64,000 nucleotides of DNA from a virus: the IMG/VR virus record IMGVR_UViG_3300044961_000262, positions 1 through 64,000 of that record; one strand, given 5' to 3'. The notes beneath the pieces were generated by a model. It searched no databases and had not been told where the DNA came from. It saw nothing but the letters and a program-made list of their open reading frames with translations. Below, piece after piece: positions 1 to 11,018 of this stretch (its first letter is position 1; each line of letters opens with the position of its first letter). A program made the position numbers and the translations under genes.

Positions 1-2
1 TG

Positions 3-3000
3 ATTGATGTAAGTAAATTAGATAATAAAAATAAAATAGCAGGTAAAAAATTAAGTATTGTTGCAGAAAGAAGAAAACTTGCAACAATAAAAGATTTAGA
101 AAATTCACAATTAATAAAAAATATTAGAGTTGATAAATCTCAATCTAAAGATATTAAACCTAATCAGGCTGATAAAAATTTGGCATCTATAATGTTATAT
201 GGTCATAGATATGATGACTTATCTAATGTAGATTATATAAATAAAAATTTAAAAACTATTAGTAATCCTTCAGAAATGCAATCTGAAGCAGAAGTATTAG
301 CTTATAGAATATTAAATGATTTATTGTTTAATATTGACGAATTAAATGAATTTTATGAAGAAATAAAAGATAATCCAGAATATGCTTCAGCTTTAACTAC
401 TAATGAAAATCCTATAAAAGAGTTTTTTGAAAATGATATTTTTGAAGAAAGCGATAAAATTAAATTAGAAAACATTCAATCAACAAGAGAACAAATAATT
501 GCAGATTTATTAGCTAATTATAGTTATACTATTGAGATTAATACTGCTAAAGAAAAAGGATTAAAAAATCAAAAAAAGGGGTATGAGTTAGAACAAACTC
601 AAAATGGTATATGGGTTGTTATAAACTACCGAACAGGATTTAATAAATATTTTGCAACTAAAAAAGAAGCTATTGATTATATTAATGGTGAAAATCAAGA
701 AGAAATTAATACTCAAATTTACAAAGATTTATCAGCAAGAAATAACAACAATATTTCTAAATATGAAGGTAATCCTGATTGGGAATATCAAGAATTAAAA
801 ATACAAGTGCCACAAGTTAATTTAACAGGTGAAGTATTAAAACATAATCCTTTTAATGAACCACAAACTATTGCTCACGCAAGAATACAATATAATAATA
901 AAACTAAAACAGTAGAAGTTCAAGAATTTCAATCAGACCCTTTTCAAGATAATAAACAACGAGAGTTTAAGGATGAAAACGCAGCTAAAGATTATGCTGA
1001 ACAATTGAAGGACATTTATAATGATGTAAGTATTAAAAAAATAAATGATGATATTTGGAAAGTTGCTGGTAGAGAAAGAAAGGATTTAATTACAAGTAGA
1101 AATTTAAATAGTTCAAATTTAGAAGGGTTACAAGGGCAAACGACTATAAGAGAATATATAGATGCTTATAGGTACAGTTTAGAAACTTATGATATGCCAG
1201 ATGCTACTAAAGAAGAAATAGATAGATTAGTGGTAATTGAAGAAAAAGAATTACAATCTAAATTTAAACCTATAAATGAAACTATAAATTCAAAAGATAA
1301 TAAATTTCTTCAACTTCTAAATAAAAATGATGTATGGATAACAGTTGGTTTAAAAAGTTTAATACAAGATAGTGCTAAAAAAGGATATGAAAAAGTATTA
1401 TTTCCTGTAGGAGATACTGCTGCTAAGATTGAAGGACATGAAACTGTTGAAGAGTTTGTTAAGAATAAAGAAGAAAGACTAAATGACTTAAATAGAGAAA
1501 AAAATAAACCTTGGAGTGTTTATAATAAAACAAAAAGTGCAAGTTATTTAGGATTTAAAACTAAAGAAGATGCTGAAAAATATATAATAAATAACAATTT
1601 AGTAGGTTGGAATGTAATAAAAGAGAATACGAGTGATAATATAGATAATGAAATCAAACAATTAGAAAAAGAAATAGAAGATGCTAAAGCAGGTAGATTA
1701 AAAATATCTGCTATTTATGATTTTTATGAAACTACTATTAAAAACATTCTTGATAAAAATTATGGTAAAGAGAATGTAAATAGAATTACCGATGAATATG
1801 GTAATGGCTGGTATGAAATCGAAATAAATGAAAAAGCTAAAGATAAAATATTATTTAATAAGCAAGGAAAAAACACTAATAATTTATCAAAATATTTTAC
1901 TTCAGACAATTCATCTTCTCAAAAAATATTAAAACAAATTGCTGAATTAGGTGGTGGATTAGGGACCATTGCTAAAAAATTACTTGAAAATCAATTAGAT
2001 ATTCCTATTAAATTAATTGATGTACCTCATTTTTCTAATGAAACAATGCCTAAAGAATTAAAAGATTTAGGAATTGTCTTAAAAGATGGATTTTCAGCAG
2101 CTGCTTTTTATAATCCTAGTAATCGTACTATTTACGTTGCTAAAAATGTTAAATTTAAAGATAGTACAGAATCTACTTTAGTACATGAAATTCTTCATGC
2201 TTATACTTCTCATTATGTATATAGTAATCCGAATACAGCATCAGTAAAAAAATTACAAGAATTGGTTGATTATTTAAATCAACCTAAAATAAAAGAATTG
2301 TTGAGGGATACTTATCCTATCACAAATATTGATGAATTATTAGTTGGTATTTTTACTAATAAAAAATTCATCGAAGATTTAAAGATGCTTCCTGCTAAAA
2401 ATCGTAATTTTAAAAGTGTTTGGGATGAAATACTTCAAGTATTTAAAGTAATTTTCGGTATATCAGATAAAACTCTATTTGATGAAGTATTTTCTAGTGC
2501 TGCAACAGTACTTGATGAAAGTATGCAACAAATGAAATCATTTGAAGACGCTTTAGATGTTGATTATATATTAGCTGATGAAGCTGCTGATAATACAGGT
2601 AAACAAAAACTTATTAGTAATAAATTAGATGAACTTCAAGCTAAAGTTAATAGAAATCCTGTAGATAATAGTGTAATTATTAGCGGTAAAGAAGAAATTG
2701 AGTGGATTCGTCCTTCATCTGAAGCTAAAGGAGATATTCAAAAGAGAAGTTTTGGATTAATTTCTGAAAGACAAGAAGAATTTAATAAATTAAGTCAAGA
2801 AGTTGGTACTTTAGTTCATGCTATTCAAGCCGATATTATTAAAAAGAATTTTCCGGAATTTAATAAGTATGTTCCTACAATGGAAGTACCTGAAAATTTA
2901 CAGGAATTCTACGCTTCATTAGAAAAAGAGTTACAACCTATTATAGATAATGCTAAGAAAAAAGGATCTATACTAAAAGCTGAAGTTTTTGTAGGAAATA

Positions 3001-6000
3001 TTCGTACTAAAAAAGGAGGTACCATAGATTTACTTGAAATAACCAGAGAAGGAAATTTTATTATTTTTGATACTAAAACTAGATATTCTGAGGATAAAAC
3101 TGCTAAAAGGAGATTAAATAAATTAATTGAATGGACTAAACAAACAGCTATTTATGGTGAAATTCTTAAAACAGGTGATCCAGAATTAGGAGTTGTTTCT
3201 GGTAAAATTGAAGGAGCATATATATTAGAATTTGAATTTGAAAAATTAGGAGAATTTCTAAACATTAAATTTAAACCTACTTCTAATGGTACAACGGCTT
3301 CTAAATTTTTAAGTAGAAGAAATGCTAAATTGAAAATAACTGCTCCTTTATTTTTAAGAACAAAAAATGAAAAACTTAATAAAAATATTGAATTTCTTTT
3401 ACGTCAAATTGATCAATTAAGTAAACAAAAAGGAGGAACGGAAGAACAAAAAAGTCAAAGAAATAAGTTACTTCAAGGTAAGTTAAATCTTCTTCAATCT
3501 CTTCAAATTAAAGCTGATACAGAAGATTTAATTGAAAAAGCTTATGAAGATTTAGGAGATATTAAAACTATGTTAAGTAAAGGAGTTTTAACTGATTCTA
3601 GATTTATAGAAGAACAGTTGAGTTTTTATTCATCTTTAAAATCTCAAATTGAAGATATTGATGTTAATAAAATTCAAAAAATTAAACAAATAATGATTGA
3701 AGCTCAAGAACTTATGGATGAATATCATAAATTACTTGAGAACATAGCTAAAAGTTCAGTTAAAAATACTCAGATTCAAGATGTTTTAGATAGAAGAGGA
3801 ATTAATTTAAATGATCCTATTCAAGATTCAGGAAAAATGTTTTCAATGTTAATGACAACATCATCAATTGATGATCCTTATATAGCTTCAGCTGTAGCTG
3901 AAACAAATTTAGCATTATCTAAATCACGAACTAGATTAAAAGAATTATTTAGTATAATTCAAAAAAAGACTATTGCTTATCAAAAAGCTACTGGATTAAC
4001 TACATATGATAATATGATAGAGGACGGTAAACTTGTCGGAGAATATACTAAAGAATTTTGGAAAAGTTATAATAATGCTAAGTTAGCTAAAGATTTCGAT
4101 TGGGCTAAAGAAAATTTAATATTTGATAAAGAAAAGTATCAAGAAGCTAGAAATAGACAATTAAATTTTTATGAAGCTTATCGTGAAAACTATAGAAACC
4201 AACTTAAATTTAAAAATCCAGAAATTACAGAAATTGAATTGAATAAATTAACTGAAAAATATATAGCTTTAGAAATGTCAAATTGGGAAGAAGCGAATAA
4301 TAATTCATTTACTTATTTTAAAGCTAAACAAAAATGGACTAATCCTAAATATAATGAAATAATGAAAGGTCCTAAAGAAGTTAAAGAACTTTTTGAAACT
4401 TTTAAATCATTAATCGATTACGCTAATCAAATTATGCCAGATAAAGTTAAAAAGAACTTTATACCTTCTTTTCAAAAAAATTACATAGAAAAATTAGCTT
4501 CAATGAATTTAATGTCAGCTATTCCTGATTTTATGTCAGGTTTATTAGATTCGGTTGCGATGGATTATGATGATGAACTATTTGGAAAAAGAAGTGCTCT
4601 TACAGGAGAAAAAATTGGAGAACTTTATGTTCCGGGTACAGGAAATGTAGCCGATAAATCATTAGATTTACCTGTAGTATTTTTTAAATTTATGGAAGGT
4701 ATTTATAGATATCAAGAATTATCTGCTATTGAAGAAACCGTACTTGCATTAAAACATATGGTTAAAACTCGTAATTATTTAAAAGTTGATAGATTGGGTA
4801 GAGTTATACCTGATTCTAAAGCTCCTGCTGCTCCAAATCCAGCCGCAAATAATCTTAAAACTTTTGAAGCATATATAGATTCGACATTTTACGGTATTAA
4901 AAGTAAAGATGATGTAGGATTTGAAGTAACAGGTAACGGATTTACTGAAGTATTAGGAATACTTAAAAAAGGAGATTCTCGTAAAATATCCGTAGCTAAA
5001 ATTGTAGATAAATTAATTAAATATACTAGTATTAGAAACTTAGGTTATAATATATATTCTCCTTTTGTGAACTTAGGTGGAGGTACTGCTAACTATTATA
5101 TGACCGGTTTTAATGGATTATATTATAGTGAAAAAGATTTTACTAAAGCTATGGGTCTAGCTTTATTAGGTAAAACTCCTAATAACGAAACTGGTGAAAA
5201 AGTTAAATTAATAATGGAATGGCTTGAAGCAGATACTGGTGAATTTGTAAAAGAAGAACAAAATAAATTAACTACCGCTAAAGGTTTGCAATTAATTGAA
5301 GAGTTTGGTCCAATGTCATTAATGAGAGAATCAGAAAATGTTATGAGAAACGCAGGTGCAATAGCTATGATATTATCGGGTAAACATCAATTTAAATGGG
5401 ATGATTTTAAAGTTGTAGATGGAAAGTTGGAAGTTAATACTGATATAATGACTAAAGAGAAATTTAGACAAAAAGTTATTAAAATAAATAATAAAAATCT
5501 TGGAGGAATTAACCCTGATGATATGATGATGATGAAACAATACATTGTAGGTAGAATGTTAATGCAACATAGAAGTTGGCTTCCCGCTTTATTTTTTGAA
5601 AGATTTGGTAGAAAAAGATTTGATTATATTTTAGAACAAGACATAGAAGGAAGATATTTAACTGCTTTTAGATTATTTAAATATTATTTTAATCGTTCCA
5701 AATTTAAAGAACTTAATGAATTCGAAAAAGCTAATATGAAATCAGCTGCTGCTGAAATGGCAATGTTAATTGGTACAGGATTACTTTTAGCTTTACTTAA
5801 AGCCGGATTAGACGATGAAGATGAAAAAGAAGTATGGGCTAAATTTACTAAAAAAGTTTCTTCAAGAGTATTTTCTGAATTATTATTTTTTGTGGATCCA
5901 ACATTTGAAAGTCAATATGCTATTTTATTAAATCCAGCTCCTGTTTTAGGAACAAGTGGCGATTTTGGAAAATTTGTAGGTTCGCTATTTAATGATAAAG

Positions 6001-6119
6001 AAGAAGATAAACGTAAAAAAGGACCTGTGGAGAGGGGGATTAAATTAATTCCCGGTGTCAATAAAGTAACTACATTTTTAGAAGATTTAAATGTAATAGA
6101 TTTTGATGATAAAAAGTAG
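3..6119 (+). CDS. Giant virion cargo/ejection (polyvalent-type) protein, 5'-truncated; contains zincin metallopeptidase and PD-(D/E)xK nuclease-like domains
   Basis: Frame is open from position 3, upstream of the listed TTG at 180. HEILH zincin motif at 2184-2198; GTLVH...GTIDLL...FDTKT...QTAIY nuclease-like motifs at ~2800-3155; helical C-terminus with a hydrophobic segment. Position convergent on the replication arm matches crAss-like layout. Confidence 0.7.
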   Translation: MDVSKLDNKNKIAGKKLSIVAERRKLATIKDLENSQLIKNIRVDKSQSKDIKPNQADKNLASIMLYGHRYDDLSNVDYINKNLKTISNPSEMQSEAEVLAYRILNDLLFNIDELNEFYEEIKDNPEYASALTTNENPIKEFFENDIFEESDKIKLENIQSTREQIIADLLANYSYTIEINTAKEKGLKNQKKGYELEQTQNGIWVVINYRTGFNKYFATKKEAIDYINGENQEEINTQIYKDLSARNNNNISKYEGNPDWEYQELKIQVPQVNLTGEVLKHNPFNEPQTIAHARIQYNNKTKTVEVQEFQSDPFQDNKQREFKDENAAKDYAEQLKDIYNDVSIKKINDDIWKVAGRERKDLITSRNLNSSNLEGLQGQTTIREYIDAYRYSLETYDMPDATKEEIDRLVVIEEKELQSKFKPINETINSKDNKFLQLLNKNDVWITVGLKSLIQDSAKKGYEKVLFPVGDTAAKIEGHETVEEFVKNKEERLNDLNREKNKPWSVYNKTKSASYLGFKTKEDAEKYIINNNLVGWNVIKENTSDNIDNEIKQLEKEIEDAKAGRLKISAIYDFYETTIKNILDKNYGKENVNRITDEYGNGWYEIEINEKAKDKILFNKQGKNTNNLSKYFTSDNSSSQKILKQIAELGGGLGTIAKKLLENQLDIPIKLIDVPHFSNETMPKELKDLGIVLKDGFSAAAFYNPSNRTIYVAKNVKFKDSTESTLVHEILHAYTSHYVYSNPNTASVKKLQELVDYLNQPKIKELLRDTYPITNIDELLVGIFTNKKFIEDLKMLPAKNRNFKSVWDEILQVFKVIFGISDKTLFDEVFSSAATVLDESMQQMKSFEDALDVDYILADEAADNTGKQKLISNKLDELQAKVNRNPVDNSVIISGKEEIEWIRPSSEAKGDIQKRSFGLISERQEEFNKLSQEVGTLVHAIQADIIKKNFPEFNKYVPTMEVPENLQEFYASLEKELQPIIDNAKKKGSILKAEVFVGNIRTKKGGTIDLLEITREGNFIIFDTKTRYSEDKTAKRRLNKLIEWTKQTAIYGEILKTGDPELGVVSGKIEGAYILEFEFEKLGEFLNIKFKPTSNGTTASKFLSRRNAKLKITAPLFLRTKNEKLNKNIEFLLRQIDQLSKQKGGTEEQKSQRNKLLQGKLNLLQSLQIKADTEDLIEKAYEDLGDIKTMLSKGVLTDSRFIEEQLSFYSSLKSQIEDIDVNKIQKIKQIMIEAQELMDEYHKLLENIAKSSVKNTQIQDVLDRRGINLNDPIQDSGKMFSMLMTTSSIDDPYIASAVAETNLALSKSRTRLKELFSIIQKKTIAYQKATGLTTYDNMIEDGKLVGEYTKEFWKSYNNAKLAKDFDWAKENLIFDKEKYQEARNRQLNFYEAYRENYRNQLKFKNPEITEIELNKLTEKYIALEMSNWEEANNNSFTYFKAKQKWTNPKYNEIMKGPKEVKELFETFKSLIDYANQIMPDKVKKNFIPSFQKNYIEKLASMNLMSAIPDFMSGLLDSVAMDYDDELFGKRSALTGEKIGELYVPGTGNVADKSLDLPVVFFKFMEGIYRYQELSAIEETVLALKHMVKTRNYLKVDRLGRVIPDSKAPAAPNPAANNLKTFEAYIDSTFYGIKSKDDVGFEVTGNGFTEVLGILKKGDSRKISVAKIVDKLIKYTSIRNLGYNIYSPFVNLGGGTANYYMTGFNGLYYSEKDFTKAMGLALLGKTPNNETGEKVKLIMEWLEADTGEFVKEEQNKLTTAKGLQLIEEFGPMSLMRESENVMRNAGAIAMILSGKHQFKWDDFKVVDGKLEVNTDIMTKEKFRQKVIKINNKNLGGINPDDMMMMKQYIVGRMLMQHRSWLPALFFERFGRKRFDYILEQDIEGRYLTAFRLFKYYFNRSKFKELNEFEKANMKSAAAEMAMLIGTGLLLALLKAGLDDEDEKEVWAKFTKKVSSRVFSELLFFVDPTFESQYAILLNPAPVLGTSGDFGKFVGSLFNDKEEDKRKKGPVERGIKLIPGVNKVTTFLEDLNVIDFDDKK

Positions 6120-6133
6120 GGATTACTCCCTAC
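6111..6133 (-). terminator. Intrinsic terminator at the convergence of the two arms
   Basis: Minus strand GTAGGGA-GTAA-TCCCTAC followed by TTTTT. Confidence 0.75.
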
Positions 6134-6831
6134 CACTTTATCATCGACTTTTCTCCATAATGAAGTTTTAAAAACTCATTAGTTTTACTAAAACAGTTTT
6201 CATGATTCAATTCTCTAGATAATCTACACGCATAAGCAGGATGTTCAACATTTATAATTAAATGATGTTTCTTTAAAGAAGAATTTGTTACTAAGTCTTT
6301 AGCTCCTTGACCAAAAGTAATAATTGCTAAAGGTGAATCATCTATTAATTTTAAAGTTGATTTAATGAAATTTTTCCATCCGTATTCATTATGACTTAAC
6401 GGAGCACTATGTTCAACAGTTAACGCCACATTAAGTAGTAAAACTCCTTGTTCAGCTAAATAAGTTAAATTGTTACGAAATTCAAGTTTAAATCCATTAT
6501 AACAATCGTCTTCAATAGCTCTATGTAATTTAACTAAACTTTTAGGTGTTATATCATTATCATCGGCACTAAAAGCTAAACCATCAGCTACTGGTTTATC
6601 TAAAATCGCAGAATAGGTAGGATATGGATCTTGACCTATTACTACGCAATTCACCGTTTTAGGGTTGGTTAATTCATATGCTTTAAATACTAAATCACTT
6701 TCAGGATATACTCTCGAAACAATTCTTCTTTTAGCAATAATTCCTGCTAGTTTTTTAAAATAATCTTTTTCAAATTCACCTTTTAAATAAGGATACCATT
6801 GACCTAATCTATCTTCAATTGTTCTTTTCAT
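6130..6831 (-). CDS. ung: Uracil-DNA glycosylase, family 1
   Basis: GQDPY, GLAFS, QGVLLLN and HPA motifs. Confidence 0.93.
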   Translation of the reverse strand: MKRTIEDRLGQWYPYLKGEFEKDYFKKLAGIIAKRRIVSRVYPESDLVFKAYELTNPKTVNCVVIGQDPYPTYSAILDKPVADGLAFSADDNDITPKSLVKLHRAIEDDCYNGFKLEFRNNLTYLAEQGVLLLNVALTVEHSAPLSHNEYGWKNFIKSTLKLIDDSPLAIITFGQGAKDLVTNSSLKKHHLIINVEHPAYACRLSRELNHENCFSKTNEFLKLHYGEKSMIKW

Positions 6832-6834
6832 TTA

Positions 6835-7023
6835 TTATAGAATTTGACCGCCACCATTTACCGCATTACTTATTTTTTTAAAATTGAAAATCGCACTTTG
6901 AGGATACATGCTTTTAATTTTTTTAATTATAATATCTCTATTATTTGAATCTACAGTTACAGATTTAAATTCCTTTTTCATAACTCCATCTATAGTAACT
7001 TCAAAAGATACATTATATCTCAT
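6835..7023 (-). CDS. Hypothetical protein
   Basis: ORF tightly packed in operon. Confidence 0.55.
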   Translation of the reverse strand: MRYNVSFEVTIDGVMKKEFKSVTVDSNNRDIIIKKIKSMYPQSAIFNFKKISNAVNGGGQIL

Positions 7024-7415
7024 ATTTCTTCTCTATTATCTCCGGAACCGTGTAAAGTATTTGTTTCACGTCTTTTAATTAATTTGTTATAGTTTGTTTC
7101 CATAATATCTTCAAGAGATATATTTAATTCATTAGATATAGCTGTTAAATACCATAAAACATCTCCTAACTCTTTTTTTATATCTGATTTAAAATCGATT
7201 ACATCAGAATAATAATGAGAATTCTTATCTTTAATTAAAGCTAATAATCTAGGATTATCTCTATAAAGTTTTTTAATTTTTTCTAAAACTTCACCTGTTT
7301 CTCCAGCTAATCCTAATCCGCAATAAGCTAAACCTATTTCTTTAGGATAAACAGATGTTTTTTCGATAATTGTTTGATATTCTTTTATATTCATATTTCT
7401 ATTTTTATTGTACAA
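7020..7415 (-). CDS. MazG-like NTP pyrophosphohydrolase (likely start 7394)
   Basis: GLAGETGEV...KELGDVLWY...GSGDNR motifs. Confidence 0.9.
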   Translation of the reverse strand: MYNKNRNMNIKEYQTIIEKTSVYPKEIGLAYCGLGLAGETGEVLEKIKKLYRDNPRLLALIKDKNSHYYSDVIDFKSDIKKELGDVLWYLTAISNELNISLEDIMETNYNKLIKRRETNTLHGSGDNREEI

Positions 7416-7594
7416 TTTGGAGGATCAATTGTAGATTTTTCTTGAGCATTTATTACGGATATATAAGATTCTTGTAAAGCGACATCGTTTAAATAAGTTA
7501 AATATCTTTTACAGTTATCTCTCATTAAACATACACGCTCTTCAGTTTTTGTTTTTCCTGTACATCTTGACATGTCATTATTTAAATAATTCAT
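7391..7594 (-). CDS. Small Cys-rich phage protein
   Basis: DMSRCTG...C..RDNCKRY pattern. Confidence 0.6.
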   Translation of the reverse strand: MNYLNNDMSRCTGKTKTEERVCLMRDNCKRYLTYLNDVALQESYISVINAQEKSTIDPPNCTIKIEI

Positions 7595-7597
7595 TTT

Positions 7598-8377
7598 TTA
7601 TTCTATTATTGTATTATTCCAAACATTAGTTGTAAATTCAGATACATTTAAATCATCTAATAATTTTAAACATTTATATATTCTAAAATACTCATCCATT
7701 GCTAAATTTATTTCACCATAATGACTTATATATGCAGATAAAACTTTTTCAGGATAATTTGTGGTTCCTTCGAATAATTTTTTTACAAAAGATTCTCCTT
7801 TTCCTTTAAGTCCAGGAATATTATCAGATGTATCTCCAATAATCATTGATGAAAATAAATATTTATATTCATCTTGACTAGTAACATACGTCCATTCATT
7901 TTTTTTAGGATTAAAATGTTTACCTTCAATATTTAATAAATCTTTATCGGGTGATATTATAAATGAAGTATCTTTATTTTGACGATAGTAACTTACTACA
8001 TAATCATCTGTTTCATGTACATTATTTACTATTTTTACGTTTATCCAGTAGAAATTCCATTTATCTTTTAGATAATGTTTCATTTCTATAAGATTTTTTA
8101 AAGGTTCTAAATCTTTACGATTAGCTTTATAGTCAAAATATATATTTTTTCTATATTGAGAAGAACCTCCAAAAAATCCTATATATGAATAAGCATTAGA
8201 TTTATTTAAAATATCAGTAATATAATTATCGGCTACTTTACAACTTTCTTCAAATGTTCTTTCTCGATAAACAAATCTATTATCTACTTTAATGGGTTCA
8301 TTATTTTCATCTAATAGTTTTTCACCAGTTAAACTAAGATAAAAAATGTGATCCGCATCAATTACTGCCGTATTCAT
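7598..8377 (-). CDS. 5'-3' exonuclease/flap endonuclease
   Basis: IDADH, YKANR, ETDD, SPDKDL and GDTSDNIPG (H3TH) motifs. Confidence 0.9.
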   Translation of the reverse strand: MNTAVIDADHIFYLSLTGEKLLDENNEPIKVDNRFVYRERTFEESCKVADNYITDILNKSNAYSYIGFFGGSSQYRKNIYFDYKANRKDLEPLKNLIEMKHYLKDKWNFYWINVKIVNNVHETDDYVVSYYRQNKDTSFIISPDKDLLNIEGKHFNPKKNEWTYVTSQDEYKYLFSSMIIGDTSDNIPGLKGKGESFVKKLFEGTTNYPEKVLSAYISHYGEINLAMDEYFRIYKCLKLLDDLNVSEFTTNVWNNTIIE

Positions 8378-8577
8378 ATTAATCTATCTCTATTATATCT
8401 ATGATTAATCCATTTAGCTTTGTTTGTGAGTTTATTATATTCATTTTCTAAAAACTTTCCTCTATTACCTGACCAAGTAATAGTTATCATAGGAAGTATA
8501 TTTAAACAATATTTATTAAATAGATCTGAATAATGTAATCCTATCCAAAAACTTTTGGGTCTAAATAAAATTTTCAT
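8374..8577 (-). CDS. Hypothetical protein
   Basis: Overlapping start/stop with neighbours. Confidence 0.55.
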   Translation of the reverse strand: MKILFRPKSFWIGLHYSDLFNKYCLNILPMITITWSGNRGKFLENEYNKLTNKAKWINHRYNRDRLI

Positions 8578-8879
8578 AAACTATCAACTAAAGGTTGTAT
8601 TTTTTTAAGAATTTCACTAAATATTTTTAATTCTTCTTTAACCGGTTTAATTTTTTCTTCCAAATCTTCATTATTCATTCCGACAATTTCGGTTTTAGCA
8701 TCTTCTTCATCAAAATGAGCTTTAGTTAAATCAGTTAAATCTTTCATAAAACTTGAAATACTTTTATATTGTTTTAACTTTTCATTACATATTTTTACAT
8801 AATCTACTATAAATTCATACAGATATTTTATTTCTTCAGGAGTTAAACCTTCTAATTGCGTTGTTATTTTTTCGTTCAT
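8574..8879 (-). CDS. Hypothetical helical protein
   Basis: Operon-packed ORF. Confidence 0.6.
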   Translation of the reverse strand: MNEKITTQLEGLTPEEIKYLYEFIVDYVKICNEKLKQYKSISSFMKDLTDLTKAHFDEEDAKTEIVGMNNEDLEEKIKPVKEELKIFSEILKKIQPLVDSL

Positions 8880-8886
8880 GTTTTTA

Positions 8887-10797
8887 TTATAATAATTGTA
8901 TTTGTCCTATCTGTCTTATACTATTAACCCATTCCTTAGCTTTACTTATATAATAACTATAATCAATATCATAATCATTAAAATTATCAGGAAAATAAGC
9001 TTTATTGAAATAAGTAACTTTCCATTCTTTTAATAATTTATTTCCTTTCATTATAGGAGCTTCTACTTGAGCAAAACTATTATCTTCATAAAACTTAATT
9101 AAAGTTGAACCTTTTTTAGAAATAAAGTATCTTACAGTTTTAGATAATTTTTGTTTAATAACTTTACCGTTTTCTACTTTCCATATTTCATAGTGAGAAG
9201 CTCCTTTTTTGTCAGATTTTTTAGATTTAACTCCTGCACAAAAATCAAAAATATTTCTATGATTTTTAATTGTAGTTTCAACGGGTACATTATTTACCCA
9301 ATATTCGTAAAAAGCTAAAGGTATAATAGAATAAGATTTGTTTTTATGTAAAGGAATATCTTTAAATTCACACCTTCCTTTAGTTTTAACTTTACCGTTA
9401 CTATATATTGCAAGATAGTTGTTTACATCAAAAATAACCATTTTAGAATATTCAGCATATTCAAGTTGAAGATGTGTTATTGACATCCAGTTATTGCATA
9501 TTTGATAGTAAGTATTTAATTGAGATCTAGGAATTTTTAAAGTAAGACCATCAGTATTAATTTGAATAAGATTTGATTTAGGTATATTTAATAATTCTTC
9601 TGCTAACATTGTTAACATTAATTGACCATTAATGGTTGTAGCCATAGTATATTGAGGATCATATAACCAAGAATGTATTTGATTAGAATTACCATACACC
9701 GCATTAGCGGCTTCTTTAAATCCTTCAACAATAGCTTTATTACCTAATTCTTTTTTAGCTTTTTCCGCTAATCTTACATCTACAATTTCTTTTTTATAAA
9801 TATCACAAAACTCCTGACCTAAATGTTTAGGATATAAATTATTAACAATCGCAATTGACGGATATAGCGATGCAACGTCAGCATCGATAATTACATATTC
9901 ATCATCACTTTCAACAAGTTTATTATTAACTGAACCGTGAATACCTCCTTTTCCGTAAACAAATTCAAAGTTTTTATACCAAACAGAAATTTCTTCATCT
10001 TTTTTAGTTCTTGAAATTTCCATTAATTCAAATCTTTCTAAAAGAGATTTAAACTCTAAAGATTTAAATGTAATATATGGAAAAATAATATCTTTAACTT
10101 TAATTAATGGTCTAAATGTTCTTAAACTTCTAACATCTGAAACGTATTTACCTGTTTTTTCGCAATAAAGCTTTAAAAGAATTTCGGATCCTAATTTAGT
10201 ATTTGAATAATTCATACAATTAATTTTGTATAATTTTTTCAAATTCCGTCTTATTTCTAATAAAGAGTTGCTATACTTTAAAAGTTTTTTAGTAGCTATA
10301 ACATCATTTAAGTTATAACTAAGAACCGTTTCTTCCCAATTATTTCCTTCACCTTGACTCGGCATATCTTCGATATTTACCATATCGAGCATAAATTCAC
10401 ACCATTTTAAACCGGTTCTTCTATTTTTATTATCAAAATGATTTAATTTATATAAATCTAAATGTTTATGTCTAAGTTTCCATTCAGGAACATCTGGTTT
10501 TCTATCATTATTTGAAGTAATAATTTGAGCATAACTTTTTATCTCAGAAGGTGTACATTCAGGATACCTATACATAAACTCAATTATTTGAGCATCAAAG
10601 TGTAATGAATTATATCCGATTAATCCTGCAACTTCTGTATTTAAAAATTCAAATAATTCTTTTTTTTCATTTTTAGTTTTACTAAAAACAAATGTTCTAG
10701 TATCATCTGAATCTCTATCTACAAAAGTTGCAGTAAAAATATCAAGAGTTTCTAAATCCCATACCCAGAATTTTTTTTCAATCAACGGAGCTTTCAT
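8887..10797 (-). CDS. Family B DNA polymerase with N-terminal 3'-5' exonuclease
   Basis: WDLET, GYNSLHFD and YNLNDV exo motifs; DVASLYPS, K..ANAVYG and NTDG polymerase motifs. Confidence 0.93.
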   Translation of the reverse strand: MKAPLIEKKFWVWDLETLDIFTATFVDRDSDDTRTFVFSKTKNEKKELFEFLNTEVAGLIGYNSLHFDAQIIEFMYRYPECTPSEIKSYAQIITSNNDRKPDVPEWKLRHKHLDLYKLNHFDNKNRRTGLKWCEFMLDMVNIEDMPSQGEGNNWEETVLSYNLNDVIATKKLLKYSNSLLEIRRNLKKLYKINCMNYSNTKLGSEILLKLYCEKTGKYVSDVRSLRTFRPLIKVKDIIFPYITFKSLEFKSLLERFELMEISRTKKDEEISVWYKNFEFVYGKGGIHGSVNNKLVESDDEYVIIDADVASLYPSIAIVNNLYPKHLGQEFCDIYKKEIVDVRLAEKAKKELGNKAIVEGFKEAANAVYGNSNQIHSWLYDPQYTMATTINGQLMLTMLAEELLNIPKSNLIQINTDGLTLKIPRSQLNTYYQICNNWMSITHLQLEYAEYSKMVIFDVNNYLAIYSNGKVKTKGRCEFKDIPLHKNKSYSIIPLAFYEYWVNNVPVETTIKNHRNIFDFCAGVKSKKSDKKGASHYEIWKVENGKVIKQKLSKTVRYFISKKGSTLIKFYEDNSFAQVEAPIMKGNKLLKEWKVTYFNKAYFPDNFNDYDIDYSYYISKAKEWVNSIRQIGQIQLL

Positions 10798-11018
10798 TTT
10801 TTAATATTATTTCTATCTGTAATTTTGTCCATTAAATGTAATTGAATAGAATCTTTATATTGCAAATAATCTTGATTGTTTTTAATAATATCTCTATCTA
10901 CCCAAATAACACCAGCAAAATAAAAATTTAATGCTATACTACAACAAATTAATATTGTAGTTAACCAAGAAAACATAATCTTTACACTTTCCATTAATTT
11001 TTCTAAAAATTCTTTCAT
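10794..11018 (-). CDS. Small membrane protein
   Basis: Single hydrophobic helix. Confidence 0.55.
   Translation of the reverse strand: MKEFLEKLMESVKIMFSWLTTILICCSIALNFYFAGVIWVDRDIIKNNQDYLQYKDSIQLHLMDKITDRNNIKK

Noticed and set aside
3-6119. Virion RNA polymerase call for the giant ORF
   Set aside because: No internal DxDxD catalytic motif is visible in this part; the RNAP gene probably lies outside the window
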